Assembly (NCBI RefSeq): GCF_001194135.2
Contig: NC_068981.1
Coordinates: 152,324,104-152,385,883 of the forward strand
DNA: 61,780 nucleotides
Direction of reading: 5' to 3'
Source of the DNA: Octopus bimaculoides
Lineage: Eukaryota
Made by a program: the position numbers and the translations under genes. Shown here piece after piece: positions 52,920-61,780 of the stretch. The notes under the pieces are model-generated. The model was not told where the DNA came from and did no database searches. It was given only the letters and a program-made list of their open reading frames with translations. The stretch's first letter is position 1. Each line of letters opens with the position of its first letter.

Positions 52920-53365
52920 CATCCTCATTTAACGTCCGCTTTCCATGCTGGCATGGGTTGGACGGTTTGACTGAGGACTGGCAAGCCAGGAGGCTGCACC
53001 AGACTCCAATCTGATCTGGCAAGGTTTCTACAGCTGGATGCCCTTCCTAGCGCCAACCACTCCGAGAGTATAGTGGGTGCTTTTTACGTTCCACTGGCAC
53101 AGGAGCCAGTCAAGCAGCACTGGCATTGACCACACATGAATAGTGCCTTTTATGTGCCACCAGCACAGAAGCCAGTCAGGTGGAACTGGCAACAACCACA
53201 CTCGAATGGTGCTTTTTATGTGCCACCGACACGGGACCAGTGAGGTGGCACTGGCATCGACCACACTCATATGGTGCTTTTTACATGCCACTGGTATGGG
53301 AGCCAGTCCGGCGGGACTGGCACCGACCTTGCTTGAATGGTGCTTTTTACGTGCCACTAGCATCA
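52920..53365 (-). mobile_element. SINE family 3 with internal ~66-bp tandem repeats (partial copies 29975-30080 +, 35870-36000 -, 43405-43497 +)
   Basis: ggaagggcatccagctgtagaaac core, (GAT)n tail; four to five repeats of ggtgctttttacgtgccac.. between 53075 and 53360. Confidence 0.75.
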
Positions 53366-53399
53366 TTTGATCAACTACAACAAATATTTGGTCACTGAA

Positions 53400-55150
53400 T
53401 CATACTGGATTGTAAAATCCCATGAGATCTTACTCATTCTCGGTGATGCCTTCTGGTTTATACTCGTACCATTTCAATGTCCTTTCAAGGCCTTATTTGT
53501 AACACAATCTCCAACAAACATACTCAGCTACATTATCACACCTCCATTTATATTACTTTTGGGCTAATTTTCTACACTTACACACAATATGTGAAACTGT
53601 TTCATTTTTAATGCCACATATTCTACAAAGGGGTGAGTCACTAATTTTATATATTTGGAACTAAGTGCAATTAGTTCTTTGAGCTTGTTCCTGAGCACTG
53701 AATATTATTGCCTCAGTGTATCATTTCAGATCACTTTTCTTTAGCTACCTCCAAGTGTTGGTCTTGTCTTTCCTGTCCATTTCTCCAAGATATTGCCCAT
53801 AAAACCGCTTTCATTTTCCAGTTGTTCCATATTTGTTCTCCACTTTGTTTCCTAAATGCTTTTGGGTATGTAAAGCCTCTCTCTATGTTATTTCTAATAT
53901 GAAGGCACACATGCATAGTCATTATTGTTGTTGTTATTATTATTATTATTATTATTATCATCATCATCATCATCATTATCATTATTATTGGTGTTGTTGT
54001 TGTTGTTGTTGTTATTATTGTTATTATTATTATTAACATTATTATTATTGTTGTTGTTGTTATTTTACTTCTCAGAGTGCTCGATCTTGTTTGCTCTGGT
54101 AGATTCTGTGAGAGTGAACAGCATCTTACCATCAAAGGTCTCACAAGGTCTCTTTCTGGACGTTATAAGCTTTGATACTTGGTTGTTAATTATCGTGGGA
54201 GTCATTCAACATCCAAGTACTAATCTCAAAATCTTAGTTGTCCCCAACAGCAAGGTTTTGAGGGCTTGCTCTGCTCTCATGTCAATTCCAATTTCTCCAA
54301 CATATTTCTCGAACTTGATTGTTCGAGAAATATTATTATTATTATTATTATTATTGTTTATGGTTTCCTTTCATCATAACTTTATTTCAGCTGCCTTAGT
54401 ACCAGGCATCCTCCGGAGGCCAAGTGTAGCAAGGGCTCTTTTGTTTTGCTATGCATGCTAAAATTATCACCACATTTATCCCATTTCAGATGGAGAGTGC
54501 TTTCCGTAGTATATGGGCTTTACCCATCAAGGTTATCTGTTGTCGTTCACAGAGATTGGAGTTACCAGGAAGTTGCTTAATATACTCCTCAGCTCCCTTC
54601 TTTATCATTCCCAACGCACCAAATACCACTGGTATTACCATAGTACTAAGCTTCCACATTTTTGTGATTTCAATTTGCAGATCTTTATAGTGCGAAAGCT
54701 TTTCATATTCCTTTCTTGAGACAATTTGACAGATATGTCTATTAACAGACAACTTCCTTTGTTGTAGTCCTTGATCCCAATGTCTGCTCAATTGGAGTCA
54801 ATTTTTCTGTTTTTATTGGGAAATTCCAAAGGATGGTGATGCCCTCGCCATTTACTACATTCTCTGGATGGTGCCTGTACCACTTATCATGGGATTTAAT
54901 TTTGTATTTACAAGCATTCCAGTGGATGTACTGCCTTAGTCTGTCATGTCTTATGAGGTATTCCTTTTCAGCGAGAATTGGGCAGCCGAAAACAACATGA
55001 TCAATTGTCTCTGTGAATTTTCGGCAAATTCTGCACGAGGTGTCAGATCCATCTTTAAGGACGTTTGCTTGGTAGTTTCTGGTAGGTTAGCTCTGATCTT
55101 GTGCTGTAATAACAAAACCTTCTGTTTCCCCCTTTAGACCTGTCCCTTGT
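53400..55150 (-). mobile_element. Further R4/Dong-like fragments (53400-53900, 54060-54330, 54480-55150) separated by microsatellites
   Basis: 54060-54330 is nearly the same 3' end as 51150-51420; KYKDLQIEITKMWKL..VVFGALG; RHDRL..IHWN. Confidence 0.8.
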
Positions 55151-55164
55151 AGCCATTGGTATGT

Positions 55165-55203
<39 letters not shown>

Positions 55204-56479
55204 ATTATTATTATTATTATCATCATCATCATCATCGAAGATTTTATATTCAAAACTTTTGCTCCTTGCATTATATGAAGACCCAAATGTTCTGAAGAGC
55301 TACTTTTCGACCTCCGTGGGGGAAATTGTGATTAATTTTGTAAAGTTTATTCATTACTTCAAATATTTTGAAAAAGTATGGCGTCGACTTTTTCGGTAAA
55401 AAGCCATGGAAACACGATTAAATATTGGAAGAGATATTTTCACAGCACCTTCCTTTTGTTAAAACAAACTAGTGCGATCTTTAGTGCCTCGGGAAAGTAT
55501 GAAATCCATCCCAGGCCCGATCAATCTGCCAAATGGCTTACAACTGTATATGGCTGTTAAGAGAAGAAAGCCAAGATGTCACATATTTAGTGACACAAAC
55601 CATCTCAAGGCTTTCTGTCTGCAGCAAAGACGGAGAGAAACAAGGCCCCATTTCTACCAACACCATCACCACAACAGCAACAACACAAATAGCACCAACA
55701 GCATAACAGCAACAATAAAGTAACTTCAACACTACTCAGTTGCAGTTACAATAACAGCAACAACACCGACAGCAGAAGTAACAGTGACGAAAATAACTAA
55801 GAAACACCACCCTCAAGAACCACCACATCACCAACACCGGCAGCAACTGAAAGAAAATTACACTCTCAAAGATATGCCCTCCCACTTGGAACCACTCGGA
55901 CATATTGTATGATTAGGGTGACGGAATTGAAAGCAAAAGTAACAATCAAGAAAAAAAGTAAAGAGAAAACACGCCAACAAAAAAAAAAACTTAGAAGGTT
56001 CAAAACGGACAGAAACATCTCCCAACGACACACCAATACCACCTCCACCAACAACAACACCAATACTATCAACATCATCAACATCATCATCATCATCATC
56101 ACATTACAAGCACAACCAACATCACAAACACCAGCAAGACCTCCTTATGCACCTAAACCAAGAGCAACAACGACATTATAGTTTTCACTGCTGTAGATAC
56201 AAACAATAAACAGTTAATGAAACACGGATATCAACTCAGAGGCATTACTCAGAACAACTTACATCATCAAATAGTATACCAACACATAAAAATCATCGAA
56301 ACACGAAGCATATACAATGCCATCCAAAGTGAATATACCAACGGAGTACGAAACTTCAGAAGTAATATCAATAAAAGATTTTACACGGAACTGTTAATGG
56401 AAACACGCAAATCTGACCAGAGAGACCGAATGCCTATCCCACAGAATTAATGTAAATAGGTTTTTATAAACTCCCTCCT

Positions 56480-56965
56480 TCTGTCGAGTATAGATTTATT
56501 CAGAATAGACAAAGTAAATGTATGTAATCAGAGGTCGCTTAGGAAGCAAGGTCAGCTTGCAAAGATTATCGCAGACAAAAATTTAATTGCAGAACAAGTG
56601 TACAATGTTGATGAAGCATCAATGTTTTGGCGTTATTGTCATGGAAAACATTCGCTAAAGCTAATGCGAGATTGACCAGAAGTTAAGGATAGCAAGGGCA
56701 GATTAACTGTGCTAGGATCATTAATACAAGTACCCTTAAGTGTAAGCTTACTTCTTAAGAAAAACGTTGCATCCTCGGTGTCTGAATACATTACCTACGC
56801 ATTATTACGCTAACAACAATCATGGATCTCAAGAGATTTCATTTTGATTGTGTAATGCAAGAGAACAAGAACTGGATTCCAAGAGTAAGATTTTTTATTC
56901 CTAGATAAATGTTCTGAACAAAAACAGTGTTTATGCACTTCCTCCAAATGTAACATCCTTGTTAG
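56480..56965 (+). mobile_element. pogo/Tigger-like transposase relic
   Basis: EQVYNVDEASMFWR, KDSKGRLTVLG and LPPNVTSL fragments in mixed frames. Confidence 0.7.
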
Positions 56966-57699
56966 AAATAGAAAATATGTTTTGTTAGAGTTACTTCACT
57001 ATTCTTAGACCTACCTCTTTTATACCTCTTTCCCACGTATTTCAGCGATCTAGTAGTATAACATATTGCTTTCATTTTCGTAAAGTAGTTTTCGCATGGA
57101 TTTACCGTTCCATAATATTGAAATAGCTTGAATTCCTGTAAATTACACATATGAGCCAGACGGTGGCAATAGCTTAGCTTCTTTAAACATAACATACTTC
57201 CAACACTGTGTGACCGCCCTACGCAGTCTGCTGGGTCACCGGGTAGAAGGGGAACAGCAGCCACAAAATCTCTTAGCAAAATAAGAATTACATTTCCTTC
57301 CCTTTTTTTTTTTAATTGTAACTGCTTTAACAACATTGACTTCATTTGTTTTGCAGTCATATTGCTAGAGCAACATAATTGGTGTTCATTTTTGAAATTG
57401 AAAGGAAAATGTCTTAGTCCAAGATCCCTGATTTACTAGTTTCCACCTTTCTTGTAAACGTTTAAGAAAAACAGAGGGAGGAAAGGTAAGCGGCTTGCTC
57501 TTTACTTCTTTTCAGAAAAAATTGGTTGTTAATCGAACAAACATGCCTTTCAACATTTGCGAACGAAAATCAAACGTCAAGTATGATTCGTTAAAATTAT
57601 TTCACTATTTTTAACACTTTCAAACTTACATTTTAAGAGTTATTTCATTATTCATTTATTTCGATCTCATAAATGCTACACTCCGACCATAAATTGTCC

Positions 57700-58830
57700 A
57701 GATGAGGTGAAAGAGCATTCTACGAGCAACTAGATCATCTGATGCAGACTGTCCTGCATTCCGATAACCTCTTATTACTTGGCGATTTCAATGCTCACGT
57801 AGGAATAGGCAATACGGCAGAAAACAATGGTATCGGTCTTAGGGAACGAAAATTCATTCTAGTGTGGAACAAAATCATAGAGAAAGAAAATTCAAATGAC
57901 ACTCTCCTACCAATTCTCACTGCTGAGGAACAGCTAGTCGTCACAAACACTTGTTTCAACAAAACCCATTTTTAAATCAATATGGAAGCATTCAAGCTCT
58001 GGAAATTTGCATCAAATAGACTTCATCACCATTAGATAACGTAATTGGGAGGACTGTCAATCTAACCACGCTATTCAGTGAAGCAAAATTTTTATCATGT
58101 TCAAAAGGAAATACTGGCACCAATAAGTACGACGAATGAAGAAGCTAGACGTTACAAATCTTGCTGACATCCAGTCACCTGATCCCGGGCCAGTGGGGAA
58201 TGATGGAAACACCCACAGACCTTGGTAGTACTGACTATGACTTATTAACCAATCACTAGCTTCAGCAGATACAAACGGGTCAAGAAAAAGCATAAAGATC
58301 GGTTCGACGCGAACGACACATCAGTAAATTCCCTGCTCATCCAACTCCACTCTCTCCGAGTCGAATATACCAATAGTACAAAACAAGCGAAATGAGAAAC
58401 ATTTGTTGGGATGATGGAACTACACTCATTAAAGAGTTGGTGCTACTCTGGTGATTCCTAACAAAGATAAGATCTCCTTCAAGAATAGTTGTGATCATTT
58501 GCTCAGGCCCTGACGACAAGCTATATGCATGTTCTGTTGTAAATGGAGACACCTATGCATCATGACATCCACTCCTGTTTTGTACCGTCCTCTCTGCAAT
58601 GCCCTAAGTTGTTTTCAGAAAATGTAGTAGATGAATGAATAAGTGTTTCATGAATATTCATGAATAAATGTTGTGTTCTCAACCTCCAGTGCCTAAGAAA
58701 CGGGTGAAGCTCCTATTTCTGCTTGTACCCGAGCTCCTCTATTCATATGACTGCGCATTGGTAGCCTATTCCCAAGATTATTTACAAACAATTTCGCCAG
58801 AGCAACTATTTGTTTAACGCCTCTCACCAT
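57700..58830 (+). mobile_element. RTE-like LINE relic (APE endonuclease plus RT traces)
   Basis: LLLLGDFNAHVG, LVVTNTCF, WKHSSSGNLHQIDFI, (A)YDCALVAYSQ. Confidence 0.75.
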
Positions 58831-60262
58831 TAACACTAAAAAAACAAGAGTGATGTTCTAGCTAAAATCTCATGATGAGATCATAAAGTTAAGTGAAGAA
58901 TAAATGAAGGTTGTATACAAGTTCTACTGTCTGCGCGGTGGGAACTTCTAATGAAATATTTACATAATGGTGAAATCATGGTGTGGATAGGGAAAGTGAG
59001 TATTGTTTCTGAAGACTACATGACATGCTCTGGTCTGACCATGGAATTCACCTTAACACTTAGGTATACATCGGAATGTTAACCTGACTACTCTTTTATG
59101 CGATAGTGAATTTTCCACATAGTAACACCAAGGTGTCAAAAACCAAAGCAGTTCCAGCAAATATGCCTCCAGAAAATCATGTGAGAGAAAATGGTATCTA
59201 ATACAACAGATATGCATGAAAAATTACTTTAATATACCAAACTTGAAAATTTTCATTTAATTTTAAAATTTCAAAAGTGAAGCCAAACAGAATAGATCCA
59301 AAATTGTGTAAAGGAATACAAAATTTATATGATAAAAATTGTCGCACCTTATATTACAGTAAATACACTTTGTTTCTTAGATATAAACTACACACTATAC
59401 AGCGTATATACATATACAACATAGCAAAGACAAAAATAAATTACATCAGTTTAACCCTTTATTTATTATTTCTATTTCTTAACTCACTAAATTTATTTCT
59501 ACAAAATCCAGCTCATTCATTTTCGATAATAAAAGTTGTCGATCAATATATAGTACTTACATAAATATATCCACACCGGACCACATATATATCCCACACA
59601 GACTTACCATCATACATGCGTGCGCGCACACACAAACACACACACATCCAAAAAAGTAAAAACACAGAAAAATTTGGTGACCACGAAACAGTCCTGAGTG
59701 CCGATAGTAATAATAATCCTTTCTTTTATAAGGACAAAGCCTGATATTTTGCGGTAGAGTCGATTAATTCGGCCCCGATACTCAACTGGTACTTATTTTA
59801 ACGATCCTGAAAGGATGAAAAGCAAAGTCGACCTCGGCGGAATTTGAACTCAGAACGTAAAGCAGGAAGAAATGCCGCTAAGCATTTTGCCTGGCGTGCT
59901 AACGATTCTGCCATCTCGCTGCGTTAATAATAATAATAACAATAATTTCACATTTTGGCACAAGGACAGCAATTTCGGAGGAGGCATAAGTCGAATACCT
60001 CCACACCAGTGTTTAACTGGTATTTATTTTATCGACTCGGAAAGGAAGAAAGGCAATGTTGTCACAGCAGAATTTGATGTATGTTCACTTAGTGCTTGCT
60101 TTGGAGCCTTATTTTAGATAGAGGCTTGCTTCCCAACCTAATGGTTCCGGGTTCAGTCCCACAAAGTGCCAACTTGGAAAAGTGTCTTCTTTTTTAGCCT
60201 CCGGACGACCAAAGTCTTGTGAGTGTATTTGCTAAACGGAAACTGAAAGAAGCTCGCCACAT

Positions 60263-60311
<49 letters not shown>

Positions 60312-60526
60312 TATATATATGTCGGTGTTTTCCTCCNNNNNNNNNNNNNNNNNNNNNNNNNNNNNNNNNNNNNNNNNNNNNNNNNNNNNNNNNNNNNNNN
60401 NNNNNNNNNNNNNNNNNNNNNNNNNNNNNNNNNNNNNNNNNNNNNNNNNNNNNNNNNNNNNNNNNNNNNNNNNNNNNNNNNNNNNNNNNNNNNNNNNNNN
60501 NNNNNNNNNNNNNNNNNNNNNNNNNN

Positions 60527-60584
<58 letters not shown>

Positions 60585-60694
60585 CCTTGCAGGTTGTATA
60601 TTCGCTGTTGATCCATCGTGAAGTAATTCACGAGCAGAGAAGTGTTGGAACCTGGACGAGTTGCTAGTTGAGTTGTGTACGTAGAGAGGTGATG

Positions 60695-60805
60695 TTGATG
60701 ACGTTACGAAGATGATGGTGGATTTTTATAAGGGGCTGTAGGCTCAAAACTGGGTTAAGAACAGGCTGTCTCACGTGATTTTATGCAGAGGCTCCGATTG
60801 GTTGT
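60695..60805 (-). promoter_or_regulatory. Candidate Pol II core promoter (CCAAT, E-box, TATA, Inr-like)
   Basis: On the minus strand: CCAAT 60801-60797, CACGTG 60777-60772, TATAAAAA 60730-60723, TCATC with A at 60699 (31 nt from the TATA T). Confidence 0.4.
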
Positions 60806-61298
60806 GCGCGGCAAATTGGCGCAACAGAGTAAGAGACAAATTGTGCCAATATCAATGAATCAGAGTAGTGGACACAACGGGGTCCAAATAGCAGCCAAAG
60901 GCTAGCTGTTACCTGCTCCGTTCGATTGCACGTCTATATAATAAAGGGAGAGAGGAATTTCACCCGTGTCTACGCTACACAAGGATTATTACTATTATTA
61001 TTACTAGATTTACCCATATTATATTGGCACAGCTCAGTACGACCTCAAAAAATTGGCATTTGCAGTTGGCATCATTAGGCTGTAGCCAGCATAATAAGGA
61101 GCTTTTAGATGCGTATTCCAAACGTTTCCCGTAAACGAACTTAAAGAATATACATATTCCTTTCCTGAGCGTCCAATCACACTGTGCTTATTCCACGTCC
61201 TCGTATTGTTGTTTTTTCGTGTTTTATTTTTCTTGCTTGTTCATGTTTGGATTGAGTATATATACATNNNNNNNNNNATATATATATATATATATACA

Positions 61299-61726
61299 CG
61301 TGATCTGATCAATAGGTATCCGGACTGTTACCATAGTAATGAAGCTAAAGCACGCAGTGAAGGCCGCCAGGCAAAAGTTAACCTTGAACTCTGCTGTGCA
61401 TGCACACTACGTTTTAACGTTCTAGTTCACTTCTGCTGTTTACAGCAGGGCTTGGAAGGAAGGTGTGTAGCGTGTAATCGTCGCATTGACCATGACAGAG
61501 AAAGCTGAGTAGAGAATTTGCATCAAATTTTGCCAAAAGCTTGGTGATACTTGCTCAGAGGCTTACGCAAAGCTTTCAAAAAGTTTTCATTCGTTTTCGA
61601 CACAATCAAGATCTTGTGCAACTAAAATCCGAGTGTCTTCTTGGTCTGCTGAAAGCAATTTTGGCTCAAACTTGGCAGACACACGTCTCATATCCAAATC
61701 TTCGGTGATAATGGACTGAACCGAAC
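61299..61726. mobile_element. Second, partial copy of the same mariner derivative (reverse-complement of ~4770-5204)
   Basis: Direct alignment by eye, including the same inversion junction and the GAG-TAG-AGA stop. Confidence 0.88.
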
Positions 61727-61780
61727 AGCTAAGGGATATATGCATATACAAAAACAGCAGAACACACACGCACACATACA

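Overview
Eukaryotic, AT-rich, repeat-dense draft sequence with ten N-gaps. It is most likely a cephalopod (Octopus); this is inferred from the SINE families and microsatellite profile, not proven. One protein-coding gene crosses the window on the minus strand. It encodes a giant muscle protein with tandem I-set immunoglobulin domains (obscurin/UNC-89/titin/twitchin-like). I reconstructed 15 in-frame GT-AG exons by hand (42142 down to 130): one unique Ser/Met/Glu/Lys-rich exon, two Ig domains split over exons, and eleven symmetric phase-1 exons encoding one Ig domain each. Six of those eleven are closely similar 267-nt duplicates. The gene continues past coordinate 1, and its 5' exon(s) were not located. 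The introns hold Penelope-like elements (RT + GIY-YIG), R4/Dong-like and RTE-like LINE fragments, mariner/Tc1/pogo relics, MITEs and several SINE families. The most notable hidden signal is a set of type I hammerhead-ribozyme folds: three complete, one minimal with two mismatches, and one degenerate. Most lie beside Penelope fragments, and all are on the strand antisense to the host gene. Also found: a TATA/Inr/CCAAT promoter candidate, a fold-back mariner family, and a Mutator-like MITE carrying telomeric repeats.
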